From positions 1-64,000 of IMG/VR virus record IMGVR_UViG_3300047299_000128: a stretch of 64,000 nucleotides of DNA; one strand, given 5' to 3'. The position numbers and the translations under genes are program-made. The notes beneath the pieces were generated by a model. The model had not been told where the DNA came from. It saw only the letters and a program-made list of their open reading frames with translations, and ran no database searches. Shown one piece after another: positions 9,937 through 20,737 of the stretch. Position 1 is the first letter of the stretch; every line of letters begins with the position of its first letter. Source of the stretch: a virus.

Positions 9937-11079
9937 ATGGCTATTAAAATAAATCACCAAACAGAAACACTAACGCCAGAATCTGGAATATTGGAAGTAA
10001 ACGCATCCGGGGCACTAAAGCTGCCGACGGGTGTAGCAGTAGACCGTCCCGAGGGAAGCGAGGGTTTACTTCGTTATGCAAAAGATTTAGCTAATCCGGA
10101 ATTTCATGATGGCACATCATGGAAGTTATTAGTTAATAAAGAATATGTAGACTCTAGAGTAGGTACATCTAGCACAAGTATCACTAACGTTATTGCCAAT
10201 TTAGCATTGACAGATTTAGCAGACGTGACGGTTTCAAACCCATCAGTAGGTGAGTCATTGGTTTATGACACTGCTTCTGGTCAGTTTAGAAATCAAACTA
10301 CTAGTTTAACTCCTATTACGAGATACTTCACTGGCGATGGCGTAACATTAGACTTTGATATCCAAACTAATGTTAGTAGCCCGAACTTATTAGTAGTATC
10401 TATCAACGGTATTACACAAGAGCCATATTACAGTTATACTATAGTAGAAGGCAACATATTAGCATTTGACGAACCTCCCGAAGTAAGCGATAGAATTCAA
10501 GTTAGAATTCTTCGTAGCAATACTACAAGCGATAGACCTCGTCCAAAGATCGTTGATATTGCTTATAGCGTATTAGGTGCATATACAACTATTACAGTTA
10601 CTGCAACCGATACGACGTATGGCACAGGTGTCAAAGTTGGCGACAAAACAATATCTAGAATCGATTATCCGTCTCCTAATATGTTGCAATTAATGATAGA
10701 AACGTCATTGATGAATTCTCTTTTTTGGTTAACACCGCAAGACTTGACATTAGTAGATACAACTGGCAACGAGTTTGTTTTTAAAAATTTAATAAACTTC
10801 GGAGCAACAAAACCGCAGTTCTTGGACAGCACATCATATATTGGGCGTTTTAGAGCCGGAGATAGCATTATTTTCCCACTCAAGCTAAATAATGTTACAA
10901 GCATTTCGTTGAGCCCCTCTTATGCAGGGGACGCTGCAATTAGCTGGATAACAGTAAGCGGCACAAGTATCGTAGGAACTGCTCCTAATAATAGCAGCCC
11001 TAGTCGATACGACATCACAGTAACAGCCAGCAATGGTTCTGTTAGCGTAACCAAAAATTACTGGTTACTAATCACATAA
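9937..11079 (+). CDS. virion fibre/adaptor protein with Ig-like domains
   Basis: LKLPTG..RP..GLLRY motif, LTDLADV repeat, GDGVT..F / VSINGITQEP adaptor domain, C-terminal He_PIG-like Ig repeat. Confidence 0.65.
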   Translation: MAIKINHQTETLTPESGILEVNASGALKLPTGVAVDRPEGSEGLLRYAKDLANPEFHDGTSWKLLVNKEYVDSRVGTSSTSITNVIANLALTDLADVTVSNPSVGESLVYDTASGQFRNQTTSLTPITRYFTGDGVTLDFDIQTNVSSPNLLVVSINGITQEPYYSYTIVEGNILAFDEPPEVSDRIQVRILRSNTTSDRPRPKIVDIAYSVLGAYTTITVTATDTTYGTGVKVGDKTISRIDYPSPNMLQLMIETSLMNSLFWLTPQDLTLVDTTGNEFVFKNLINFGATKPQFLDSTSYIGRFRAGDSIIFPLKLNNVTSISLSPSYAGDAAISWITVSGTSIVGTAPNNSSPSRYDITVTASNGSVSVTKNYWLLIT

Positions 11080-11133
11080 ATTATTCTCACGTTGGCGGGC
11101 AACCACACTTAAATTTGCCAAGGAGTTGATAAG

Positions 11134-11340
11134 ATGCCATTAATAAAGTTGAAATCCAGTTCTATAACCGATAGCGTAGCATTACGTGGACAGCCAACTA
11201 CATCTGGTCAAAATCCCGGTATTGCTACAACTCGGCAGGTAACTCAAGAGATAAGCAATGTAGTTGGTTCTACACCGGAGTTACTTAATACTCTAAGTAG
11301 ACTAGCGCAGTCTTTAGGTACAGACCAAAATCAGGCCTAA
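11134..11340 (+). CDS. 68-aa paralog of the N-terminus of the 2046-aa fibre
   Basis: MPLIKLKSSSITDSVALRGQP...PELLNTLSRLA versus MPLIKARSSSIIESVDLRGQP...PELLDTLAELA; has its own AAGGAG RBS. Confidence 0.7.
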   Translation: MPLIKLKSSSITDSVALRGQPTTSGQNPGIATTRQVTQEISNVVGSTPELLNTLSRLAQSLGTDQNQA

Positions 11341-11378
11341 ACAAGTTTCACTAGAAACTTATATTGAGGATATAAAAC

Positions 11379-14300
11379 ATGCCTTTAATTAAAGCAAGGT
11401 CAAGCTCGATCATCGAATCAGTTGACTTACGCGGCCAGCCAAGTGCTGCAACCGCACCAAACGGTACTAGTACGAATCAATTAGCAAGCACAGCGTTCGT
11501 TAGAACAGCTATTGCCGAGTTGATTAACTCTAGTCCAGAATTGCTAGATACTTTAGCGGAATTAGCTTCTGCGATTAGTAACGATGCAAATTTTGCAACA
11601 ACAGTTGCTAACAGTGTAGCTACAAAAGTCGCATTAGACGGTAGCACACCGATGACAGGTTCGTTAACTTTAAGCGGTGCTCCTACTGCTGAGTTACATG
11701 CAACAACGAAAAAGTATGTTGATGATTTGATCGCTGATCAAATGATTTACAACACAGGAGACGTCCAAGAAGGTACAAATTTGTACTACACAGACGCTCG
11801 CGTTCGCGCAGCCGTAAGTTTATCCAGCGATAACACAAGCGTTTTAAGTTACAATAGTGTAACTGGTGCTTTTGTTTACGTTCATCCAAATAGCGATGGT
11901 ATCTTAGAAGGTCAAACTAACCGTTACTTCTCCGAAGCCCGCGCACGTTTAAGCATTAGCTTAAATAGCGATGACCAACAGATTTTCAGTTACGGTCAAC
12001 AGTCTGGTGAGTTTACATTTGTAACTCCAAGCACAGACAAAATCGTTGAAGGTAGTACAAACAGATACTTTACAACAGGTCGTGCTCGTGCTGCAATTAG
12101 TGCAGGTGCAAACATTAACTATGATCCAGTAACTGGTATTGTTAGTTCTGTTGCTACAGTTGAAAGTGTTAATGGACAAACTGGCGTTGTTGTTTTAGAC
12201 AGTGATGACATTACAGAAGGCGCAACAAACCAATACTTCTTAAACAGCCGTGCTCGCGCTGCTATTAGTTTAACAAGTAGCGACACAAACGTTCTTTCTT
12301 ACAATCCAGCAAACGGAACATTTACTTTTGCTAAGCCAACAACCGATAGCGTTGATGAAGGTACTACAAACTTATACTTCACAGACGAGCGTGCTCGCGG
12401 TGCTGTAAGTTTAACAACTTCTAACTCTAGCGTTTTAGGTTACAATGGTACAACTGGTGTATTCAACTTCAACTTAGGTGCTGTAACAACAGACGCTATT
12501 GCTGAAGGTTCTGCTAACAAGTACTATACTGATGCTCGTGCTCAAGCTGCAAATGCTCCGGCTATTGCTGCTGTACAAACAGCATTAGACAGCGAAGTAA
12601 CTCGTGCTACTGGTGCTGAAAGCATTATTGCTGGTGATTTAGCTGCTGAAGTAACTCGTGCTACTGGTGCTGAAAGCATTATTGCTGGTGATTTAGCTGC
12701 TGAAGTAACTGCTCGTGCTGCTGGCGACCAAACAAATGCAAACGCAATTGCTGCTGAAGCTACTGCTCGTACAAGCGGTGACCAGACAAATGCAACAGCT
12801 ATTTCTAACGAAACAACTCGTGCTACTGGTGCAGAAGCTGGTTTAGCTGCTGACATATTAGCAGAATCTGTTGCTCGTACAAGCGGTGACCAAGCAAATG
12901 CCGACGCTCTTGTAGCTGAATCGACTGCTCGTACAGCCGGTGACCAAACTAATGCTGATGCTATCGTATTAGAAAAATCTCGCGCCCAAAACGTAGAAAA
13001 CGCATTAGCTGGCGATATTGCTACTGAAATTAGTAACCGTGTATCCGGCGACCAAACAAATGCAAACGCAATTGCTGCCGAAGTAACTCGAGCTCAAACT
13101 GCCGAAGCTGGTTTAGCTGGCGACATCTTAGACGAGACAACTCGTGCTACTGGCGCAGAAGCTGGTTTAGCTGCCGATATTGCTGCTGAAACTGCTGCTC
13201 GTATTGCTGCTGTAACAGCCGAAGCTACTGCTCGTGCTACTGCCGATACTGCGTTAGGTGCTCGTATCGACAACTTAGCAAGCAACTTAGACCCAGCTGC
13301 ATTAGACAGCTTGACTGAAATTGTTAGTGCTTTCCAAAATGCTGATGGTAGCTTGACTCAAGCAATCAATGATTTAGCCGCAAGCTCTGCTACTGCATTG
13401 GCTGCTGAAACTGCTGCACGCGAAGCTGCTGACGGTGTTTTAACTTCTGCTGTATCGACTGAAGTTGCTCGTGCAACTGCTGCCGAAGAAGCATTAGCTG
13501 ATTCTATTAGTTTAGAACATGCACACCACGTCGCTGGCGACGCCGCATTAGAAACAGCTATCGGTGATGAAGTAACTCGTGCTACTGGTGCAGAAGGTAC
13601 TATTGCAAGCAACTTAGCTGCCGAAGTAACTCGTGCTACTGGTGCTGAAGGTGCTATTGCTGCAAGCGTGACAGCCGAAACAAGTCAACGCCAAGCTGCT
13701 GACACATTGTTACAAGCTAACGTTGATGCAGAAGCCACAACTCGTGCTGCTGCTGATTTAGTTAACGCAAATGCAATTGCTGCTGAAACAACTCGTGCTA
13801 CTGGCGTAGAAGGTACTATTGCAAGCAACTTAGCTGCCGAAGTAACTCGTGCTACTGGTGCTGAAGCAACATTGACAACTAACTTAGCAACTGAAGTTAA
13901 CCGCGCCCAAGCCGCAGAAACTGCTATTGCTGATGATTTAGCTAGCGAAACTGCTGCTCGTATTGCTGCTGATGGTGTTTTAACAACTGCTATTGCAACA
14001 GAAAAATCTCGCGCAGAAGGCGTCGAAGCTCAGTTACAGACTGCAATTAGTGCAGAAGAAACAGCTCGTATTGCTGCCGTAAGTGCAGAAGAAACAGCTC
14101 GTATTGCTGCTGTAAGTACAGAAGCTACTGCTCGTGCTGCCGGTGATGCTGCTAACTCTAGTGCAATTACTGCTGAAGTTGGTCGTGCTACTGCTGCTGA
14201 ACAAGCTGTTGCTGCTGACTTAGCTGCTGAAGTAACTCGTGCTACCAGTGCAGAGGCAACTATCGCCGCAAGCGTAACAGCCGAAGCTACTGCTCGTGCT

Positions 14301-17300
14301 GCTGGTGATGCTGCTAACGCAACTGCTATTGCTGCTGAAACAACTCGTGCTACTGGCGCAGAAGCTGGTTTAGCAAGTGATTTGTTAGACGAAGCCGCTG
14401 CTCGTGCTGTCGCCGATACAACAAACGCTAACGCAATTACTGCCGAAGCTGCTCGTGCTCAAAATGCAGAAACTGCATTACAATCTAACATCGACACAGA
14501 AGCTGCTGCTCGCGTGACCGGCGATGCTGCAAACGCATTATCTATTACAAATGAAGCTGCTGCCCGTGCTGCTGCTGATACTGTATTAGCTGATGATATT
14601 GCTGCCGAAGAAACAGCTCGTATTGCTGCTGACAATGCATTAGGTGCTCGTATTGACAACGTATTGAACAATATCGATCCTGCTGCATTAGATAGTTTAA
14701 GTGAAATTGTTACTGCATTCCAAAGTGCAGACAGTACAATCAACGGTGCTATCCAACAATTAGCAACTGATTTAGCTGCTGACATTGCAACAGAACACGC
14801 ACATCATGTAGCTGATAAAGCTGCTGCTGATGCTGCTATTGCTGCCGAAGCTACTGCTCGTGCTGCTGGTGACACAACAAATGCAAACGCAATTGCTGCT
14901 GAAACAACTCGTGCTACTGGTGCAGAAGGTACTATTGCAAGCAACTTAGCTGCTGAGGTAACTCGCGCTACTGCTGCCGAAGGTGCTATTGCTAGTGATT
15001 TAGCTGCTGAGGTAACTCGTGCTACTGCTGCTGAACAAGCTGAAATTGCTGCTCGTGCTGCTGCTGTAAGTGCAGAAGTAACTGCTCGCGAAGCCGGCGA
15101 TGCCGTTAATGCTGCTGCTGTAACAGCCGAAGCTACTGCTCGTGCTGCTGGTGATGCTGCTAACGCAACTGCTATTGCCGACGAAGCTACTGCTCGCCAA
15201 TCTGGTGACACAACAAATGCTAACGCAATTGCTGCTGAAACAACTCGTGCTACTGGCGTAGAGGCTGGTTTACAAACTGCTGTAACTGCTGCTCAAGACT
15301 CTGCTGATGCTGCTCAAGCTGACGTAGATGCCGAAGTAACTCGTGCTACTGCTGCTGAAGGCGCATTACAAACAGCTATCGAAGCAGAAGCTACTGCTCG
15401 TAGTTTAGCTGATACTGCACACGCAACAGCTATTAGCAACGAAGTAACTCGTGCTACTGCTGCCGAAGGCGTTATTGCTGGTAACTTAGCTGCTGAAGTG
15501 TTAGCTCGTCAAAACGCTGATACAGGATTAGCAGACGATATTGCTGCTGAAATAGCTTTACGTATTTCCGGTGACGCTGCAAATGCTGCTGCTATTACTG
15601 CTGAGGTAACTCGTGCTACTGGCGCAGAAGACGTTATCGCTGCAAGCGTAACAGCCGAAGTAACTCGTGCTACTGCTGCCGAACAAGCAAATGCTGCTGC
15701 TATCGTAAGCGAAGCAACTGCTCGCGCAAATGCAGATACTGGTTTAAGTACAAGTATCGCAAACGAAGTAACTCGCGCTACAAATGCAGAAGCTGCATTA
15801 CAAACAGCGATTGACGCAGAAGCTACTTCTCGTGCTGCTGCTGTAACTGCTGAAACAACAGCACGTCAAGGCGCTGATACTAACTTGCAGAACCAAATCA
15901 ATGCTATTATTAGCAACGTTGATCCTGCTGCGTTAGACAGCTTATCTGAAATCGTTGGTGCATTCCAAAATGCAGACGGTGATTTACAACAAGCTATTAC
16001 AGACTTAGCTGCAAGTTCTGCACAAGCCGTTGCCGATGAAGCTAATACACGTTTAGTTGCTGATAACGCAATTATTGCTGACTTGGCTACTGAAGTTGCT
16101 CGTGCTGCTGGCGCAGAAGCTGATATTGTTGCTGATTTAGTAACAGAAACTGCTGCTCGTCAAGCTGCTGATACTACGATTGCTACAAGCGTAACTGCTG
16201 AAGTAACTCGTGCTACTGCTGCTGAAGGCGCGCTACAAACAGCTATCAATGGCGAACAAGCTGCTCGTATTGCTGCTGATGCCGTACACACTGCTGCTAT
16301 TGCTGATGAAGCAACGGCTCGTCAAGCTGCTGATGCCGTACACACTGCTGCGATTGCAACTGAAGTACAGAACCGTACTGCTGCTGATTTAGTCTTACAA
16401 GGCAACATCGACAGCGAAGCTGCTGCTCGCACTACAGCCGATACAGCATTAGGTGCTCGTATTGATAGTTTAACAACTGACCAAGTTGCCGAAGGTAATA
16501 ACCAATACTTTACTTCACTACGTGCTCGTAACAGTGTAAGCGCTTCTGGTTCGTTAAGCTACAACGCTGCTAGCGGTGTATTCAGCTATACAACTCCTGA
16601 TACAGACGGTGTTGCTGAAGGTGCAAATCACTTGTACTTTACAGACACTCGCGCTCGTTTAGCAGTTGGTTTAGTAACAGACAACACTGATGCGTTAAGC
16701 TACAACAGTGCAACAGGTCAGTTTACATTCAACTTAGCCAGCGTAAATTCTGGTGAAATTGCAGAAGGTTCTAACCTATACTTCACAACAGGTCGCGCAC
16801 GTGACGCAGTTAGTGGCGGTTCTAATATCAGCTACGACGGCGCAACTGGCGTAATCAGCACACAAGCTGCTGTATGGAGTGTAAACGGACAAGAGCATGC
16901 AGTTGTTTTAAACACTGACAACATCGGAGAAGGTACTACTAATCAGTACTTCACAGATGCTCGCGCACGTAATGCAGTAACATTAACATCTGATAATGCA
17001 GATATCTTAAGTTACAGCGCAGGTACAGGTGCACTTACATTCGTAACACCAACAACAGACGCTATCGACGAAGGCGCAACTAACAAGTACTTTACAGACG
17101 CTCGTGCAGACGCACGCATCGCTGCTGCAAGTATTAGTGACTTAGCAGACGTTGATTTTGTCGGAACAATTACAGACGGTTACTCTTTAGTTTGGAGTAG
17201 CGGTTTACAGAAATTCGTTCCGCAGAACGTGTCTATTACTGCTACAACAGTAAATGCAACAGGTGATGGAACTACAGTAAGTTTCAGCACTGGTGTTGAA

Positions 17301-17519
17301 GTAAGCAGTATTGATAATACGCAAGTATTCATCAACGGTTTAATGCAAGCACCTACATACTCTTACACTATGTCTACAACGGACGGTGTTTCTAGTATCG
17401 TGTTTGACGTTGCTCCTGAGATCAATGACTATATTTTCATCCGTGTAACACCAACATCTAGCTTAAGTGCTGGCGGTGTTCTAAATGAAGGTAGCAACAT
17501 TGACGGTGGTACATATTAA
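11379..17519 (+). CDS. giant fibre protein (2046 aa) with a long coiled-coil shaft
   Basis: TDxxxEGxxNxYFTxARAR repeats flank about 1250 aa of EVTRATxAE 7/11-residue repeats; C-terminal VFINGLMQ adaptor; ends IDGGTY. Confidence 0.85.
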   Translation: MPLIKARSSSIIESVDLRGQPSAATAPNGTSTNQLASTAFVRTAIAELINSSPELLDTLAELASAISNDANFATTVANSVATKVALDGSTPMTGSLTLSGAPTAELHATTKKYVDDLIADQMIYNTGDVQEGTNLYYTDARVRAAVSLSSDNTSVLSYNSVTGAFVYVHPNSDGILEGQTNRYFSEARARLSISLNSDDQQIFSYGQQSGEFTFVTPSTDKIVEGSTNRYFTTGRARAAISAGANINYDPVTGIVSSVATVESVNGQTGVVVLDSDDITEGATNQYFLNSRARAAISLTSSDTNVLSYNPANGTFTFAKPTTDSVDEGTTNLYFTDERARGAVSLTTSNSSVLGYNGTTGVFNFNLGAVTTDAIAEGSANKYYTDARAQAANAPAIAAVQTALDSEVTRATGAESIIAGDLAAEVTRATGAESIIAGDLAAEVTARAAGDQTNANAIAAEATARTSGDQTNATAISNETTRATGAEAGLAADILAESVARTSGDQANADALVAESTARTAGDQTNADAIVLEKSRAQNVENALAGDIATEISNRVSGDQTNANAIAAEVTRAQTAEAGLAGDILDETTRATGAEAGLAADIAAETAARIAAVTAEATARATADTALGARIDNLASNLDPAALDSLTEIVSAFQNADGSLTQAINDLAASSATALAAETAAREAADGVLTSAVSTEVARATAAEEALADSISLEHAHHVAGDAALETAIGDEVTRATGAEGTIASNLAAEVTRATGAEGAIAASVTAETSQRQAADTLLQANVDAEATTRAAADLVNANAIAAETTRATGVEGTIASNLAAEVTRATGAEATLTTNLATEVNRAQAAETAIADDLASETAARIAADGVLTTAIATEKSRAEGVEAQLQTAISAEETARIAAVSAEETARIAAVSTEATARAAGDAANSSAITAEVGRATAAEQAVAADLAAEVTRATSAEATIAASVTAEATARAAGDAANATAIAAETTRATGAEAGLASDLLDEAAARAVADTTNANAITAEAARAQNAETALQSNIDTEAAARVTGDAANALSITNEAAARAAADTVLADDIAAEETARIAADNALGARIDNVLNNIDPAALDSLSEIVTAFQSADSTINGAIQQLATDLAADIATEHAHHVADKAAADAAIAAEATARAAGDTTNANAIAAETTRATGAEGTIASNLAAEVTRATAAEGAIASDLAAEVTRATAAEQAEIAARAAAVSAEVTAREAGDAVNAAAVTAEATARAAGDAANATAIADEATARQSGDTTNANAIAAETTRATGVEAGLQTAVTAAQDSADAAQADVDAEVTRATAAEGALQTAIEAEATARSLADTAHATAISNEVTRATAAEGVIAGNLAAEVLARQNADTGLADDIAAEIALRISGDAANAAAITAEVTRATGAEDVIAASVTAEVTRATAAEQANAAAIVSEATARANADTGLSTSIANEVTRATNAEAALQTAIDAEATSRAAAVTAETTARQGADTNLQNQINAIISNVDPAALDSLSEIVGAFQNADGDLQQAITDLAASSAQAVADEANTRLVADNAIIADLATEVARAAGAEADIVADLVTETAARQAADTTIATSVTAEVTRATAAEGALQTAINGEQAARIAADAVHTAAIADEATARQAADAVHTAAIATEVQNRTAADLVLQGNIDSEAAARTTADTALGARIDSLTTDQVAEGNNQYFTSLRARNSVSASGSLSYNAASGVFSYTTPDTDGVAEGANHLYFTDTRARLAVGLVTDNTDALSYNSATGQFTFNLASVNSGEIAEGSNLYFTTGRARDAVSGGSNISYDGATGVISTQAAVWSVNGQEHAVVLNTDNIGEGTTNQYFTDARARNAVTLTSDNADILSYSAGTGALTFVTPTTDAIDEGATNKYFTDARADARIAAASISDLADVDFVGTITDGYSLVWSSGLQKFVPQNVSITATTVNATGDGTTVSFSTGVEVSSIDNTQVFINGLMQAPTYSYTMSTTDGVSSIVFDVAPEINDYIFIRVTPTSSLSAGGVLNEGSNIDGGTY
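12594..12710 (+). repeat. perfect 54-bp tandem duplication inside the fibre gene
   Basis: gaagtaactcgtgctactggtgctgaaagcattattgctggtgatttagctgct x2 plus a partial third copy (18-aa unit). Confidence 0.9.
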
Positions 17520-17541
17520 TCTTAACTGATTAGTATCGAAA

Positions 17542-17565
17542 GAAAAGGACCTTCGGGTCCTTTTC
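17542..17565 (+). terminator. intrinsic terminator (cUUCGg loop)
   Basis: GAAAAGGACC-TTCG-GGTCCTTTTC. Confidence 0.9.
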
Positions 17566-17609
17566 CATTTATAAATAATGTATAAATATAATGATAACTA
17601 GACTGAGAT

Positions 17610-18110
17610 ATGCCGATTTTTCGTGGAAAACCCCTTGTTAGTGCTGCATCGGATGCAAAAGACAGCGTCAGACTCGCCACGAAATCAAATATCAATTTGG
17701 CGTCACTTACTTACAGCATAGACGGCATTCCTCTAAAAAATAAAGACAGAATATTATTAGCAGGGCAAAATCCTCCTACTCTAAACGGAATCTACGTTTG
17801 GAATTCGATAACTAACAAATTTACCAGGGCAATTGATGCAGATTCTACCGAAGATTTAACTTCTGGTGCCCGAGTTTATGTTGAAGAAGGCGCAGTATTT
17901 GCCAAAACATCTTGGCTAATGACGACTCCGGGTGACATACACATTGGTACCACTGACATAACATTCACTTTAGAAAATAGAATTGGTAGTACTGACATAT
18001 CAGGAGTTTTCGGCGCCGCAAACAAAACTCTTATAGTAACTATTAATGATGCCGGAGACATAGAAAATATACAAGCAGTTGATTTTGAACTCGACGGCGG
18101 CGAATTTTAA
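17610..18110 (+). CDS. tail-fibre-related structural protein
   Basis: KDSVRLAT..NI.L...IDG....DRILLAGQ...NGIY...RAIDAD domain common in phage fibres; ends LDGGEF. Confidence 0.75.
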   Translation: MPIFRGKPLVSAASDAKDSVRLATKSNINLASLTYSIDGIPLKNKDRILLAGQNPPTLNGIYVWNSITNKFTRAIDADSTEDLTSGARVYVEEGAVFAKTSWLMTTPGDIHIGTTDITFTLENRIGSTDISGVFGAANKTLIVTINDAGDIENIQAVDFELDGGEF

Positions 18111-18202
18111 TATATTATCTGTTATATAACTAAGAGAAGCGATAAATACATTGGGTATAAGCGAACCTGATGTTCGCTTATTTTTAGGAGTATATACTCG
18201 AT

Positions 18203-20737
18203 ATGGCCAATCAAATCGTATTAAAACGCAGTGCAACACCTGGTAAGGTACCATCTACCAGTCAACTTGCATTAGGCGAAGTAGCTATTAACACTCACGA
18301 CGGTAAGTTATTCATCAAGAAAGATGATGGAACACCTAGCGTTGTTGAAATTGGTGGTGTTACTAGTGTTAACTCTTTAACAGGTTCCGTTGTTTTAAGC
18401 ACAACAGAAGTTGCTGAAGGTTCTAACCAATATTTTACAAATTCTCGTGCTCGTCAAGCAGTTAGCGCTGGCACAGGTATTAGCTACAATGCTAGTACTG
18501 GTGTTATTAGCACAACTCAAAACTTAAGCACTGGCGGTACGCCTACATTTGCAGGTGTAACATTAACTGGTAATTCGACAGTTTCCGGTAATATCGTTCC
18601 AGGCGCAGATAACGTTTATAGCTTGGGTAGTCCAACTCATGTATGGAAAGACGTTTACGTCGGTCCAGGTACATTGTATATTAACGGTAGTCCGGTTATT
18701 ACCGACAACAGCGGTACAATGACATTTACTGCGGACGTTGATCAAAACATTCGTTTGACAACAGTTGGCGCAGGTGTATTGCAATTAGGTTCTAGTGCAA
18801 CTAACGTTAATATCGACGGTACTTTACAAATCGCTAGCGGTAAGAACATTACTGACAGTGCAGGCGTAGAAGTTAACTTCGGTGACAACATTGACATGAA
18901 CAACAACAAGATTGTTGGTCTTGGTGCACCAAGTGCAAGTACAGACGCAGCAAACAAGGCGTATGTTGATAGTCAAGTTGGTGCAATCAGCACTAGCACT
19001 ATCAGCAGTGGTAACTCAAACATTGCAGTTGTTGACAACGGTACAGGTACAGTAACAGTTACAGTTGACGGTTCTACTGCATTGACAGTAACTGCTGCTG
19101 GTGTTGTCGTAGCCGGTGACTTTACAGTTAGCGGTGTTACTACAACAGTTAACTCTAATACCGTTGCAATTGCAGACAACATTTTAACATTGAATAGCGA
19201 TGCTACAGGCGCTCCAACTCAAAACGCAGGTCTAGAAGTTAAGCGTGGCGATGAAGCAAACGTTCAGTTACGTTGGAACGAAGGTACAGACAAGTGGACA
19301 TTTACTAACGATGGCGCAGTTTATAACGCAATCGCAGTTAACACTGATGACTTAAGCGAAGGCGCTGCTAACCAGTATTTTACACAAAGCCGTGCTCGTC
19401 AAAGCGTAAGCGTTGCAAGTGGTACAGGTTTAAGCTACAACAGTACAACTGGTGTATTAAACTTAAGCGGTATCCCAAACAACAGTTTGGCAAACAACTC
19501 CATCAGCGTTAACGGTTCTACTGTTAGCTTAGGTGGTTCTGTAACAATCGGTTCCGATGCAGTTTCAGAAGGTTCTAGCAACCAATACTTCACAAGTGCT
19601 CGCGCACGTGGTGCAGTAAGTGCCGGAACAGGTATTAGCTACAACAGCACGACAGGTGCAATTAGTGCAGATACGACAGTATTAGCAACTAAGAGCTATG
19701 TCGATACTGCAACAGCTAACGCTACTTTAACAAGTACAGATGATTTGGTAGAAGGTGCAGCAAACCTATACTTTACTACTAGTCGCGCACAAGAAGCTAA
19801 CACAACAGCAATTGCAACAGCCAAGAGCGAAGCAATCAGTGCTGCTGCAAGCGATGCAACTACTAAAGCTAATGCTGCTCAAGCCGCTGCTATTGCTACA
19901 GCATCTGCTGATGCAACTACTAAAGCTAATGCTGCTCAAGCCGCTGCTATCAGTTCTGCTTCAAGCGATGCTGCATCTAAAGTATTAGTCGAAACAAACC
20001 GTGCTATTGCTGCTGAAGCTGCTTTAGGCTCGCGTATCGATAACGTATTAGCTAATACTGATGCAGTAGCATTGAACAGTTTAAGCGAATTAGTTACAGC
20101 GTTCCAAGCTGCTGACGGTAATTTAACAACATCCATCGGAGCATTATCTACAAGCGCGTCTAGTGCATTAACGCAAGAAATTACAGATCGTCAAAATGCA
20201 GTTACTAGCGCAATCAGTGCTGCTGCAAGCGATGCAACTACTAAAGCTAATGCTGCTCAAGCCGCTGCTATTGCTACAGCATCTGCTGATGCAACTACTA
20301 AAGCTAATGCTGCTCAAGCCGCTGCTATTGCTACAGCATCTGCTGATGCAACAGCTAAAGTTGCTGCAGAAGCTGCTGCTCGTGCTGCTGCTATTACAGC
20401 CGCAGTTGCTGGTAAAGATAACACAGACGAAATCACAGAAGGTTCTACAAACCTATACTACACAGATGCTCGCGTAGCAACTCGTGTTGATAGCGGTTTA
20501 ACAAACTTCCACAGTGCTTTCCAATCTGTAACTTCTGCACAAGCTACAACTAATGCAACAGGTACAGTTGCGTTTACATTTGCAGATTTAGCTACAGCTA
20601 AACACTACAATGTTTATGTAAACCGTATGTTGTTACGTCCTACAGAATTCAGCGTAAGCGGTTCTACAGTAACATTTGTTGCAGGATTGTTGACTACAGA
20701 TGATGAAATCGAAGTAACTGGTTTAAAGTTCGCGTAA
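18203..20737 (+). CDS. fibre protein (844 aa)
   Basis: IVLKRSATPGKVP..LALGEVAIN N-terminal fibre domain, DAANKAYVD, EGxxNQYFT repeats, Ala-rich ADATTKANAAQ repeats. Confidence 0.85.
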   Translation: MANQIVLKRSATPGKVPSTSQLALGEVAINTHDGKLFIKKDDGTPSVVEIGGVTSVNSLTGSVVLSTTEVAEGSNQYFTNSRARQAVSAGTGISYNASTGVISTTQNLSTGGTPTFAGVTLTGNSTVSGNIVPGADNVYSLGSPTHVWKDVYVGPGTLYINGSPVITDNSGTMTFTADVDQNIRLTTVGAGVLQLGSSATNVNIDGTLQIASGKNITDSAGVEVNFGDNIDMNNNKIVGLGAPSASTDAANKAYVDSQVGAISTSTISSGNSNIAVVDNGTGTVTVTVDGSTALTVTAAGVVVAGDFTVSGVTTTVNSNTVAIADNILTLNSDATGAPTQNAGLEVKRGDEANVQLRWNEGTDKWTFTNDGAVYNAIAVNTDDLSEGAANQYFTQSRARQSVSVASGTGLSYNSTTGVLNLSGIPNNSLANNSISVNGSTVSLGGSVTIGSDAVSEGSSNQYFTSARARGAVSAGTGISYNSTTGAISADTTVLATKSYVDTATANATLTSTDDLVEGAANLYFTTSRAQEANTTAIATAKSEAISAAASDATTKANAAQAAAIATASADATTKANAAQAAAISSASSDAASKVLVETNRAIAAEAALGSRIDNVLANTDAVALNSLSELVTAFQAADGNLTTSIGALSTSASSALTQEITDRQNAVTSAISAAASDATTKANAAQAAAIATASADATTKANAAQAAAIATASADATAKVAAEAAARAAAITAAVAGKDNTDEITEGSTNLYYTDARVATRVDSGLTNFHSAFQSVTSAQATTNATGTVAFTFADLATAKHYNVYVNRMLLRPTEFSVSGSTVTFVAGLLTTDDEIEVTGLKFA
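19832..20328 (+). repeat. 119-bp identical direct repeats (19832-19950 and 20210-20328) built of 57-bp units
   Basis: The two blocks match base for base and encode AISAAASDATTKANAAQAAAIATASADATTKANAAQAAA. Confidence 0.85.

Noticed and set aside
12542-16392. Many antisense and alternate-frame ORFs inside the fibre genes (also 46048..46821, 47833..48543 and similar)
   Set aside because: They are shadows of biased GCT/ACT-rich codon usage in the real plus-strand genes, with no RBS and low-complexity products
19832-20328. Direct repeats as template/variable repeats of a diversity-generating retroelement
   Set aside because: The copies are identical, both are in-frame coding, there are no adenine-specific differences, and no reverse transcriptase is in the window
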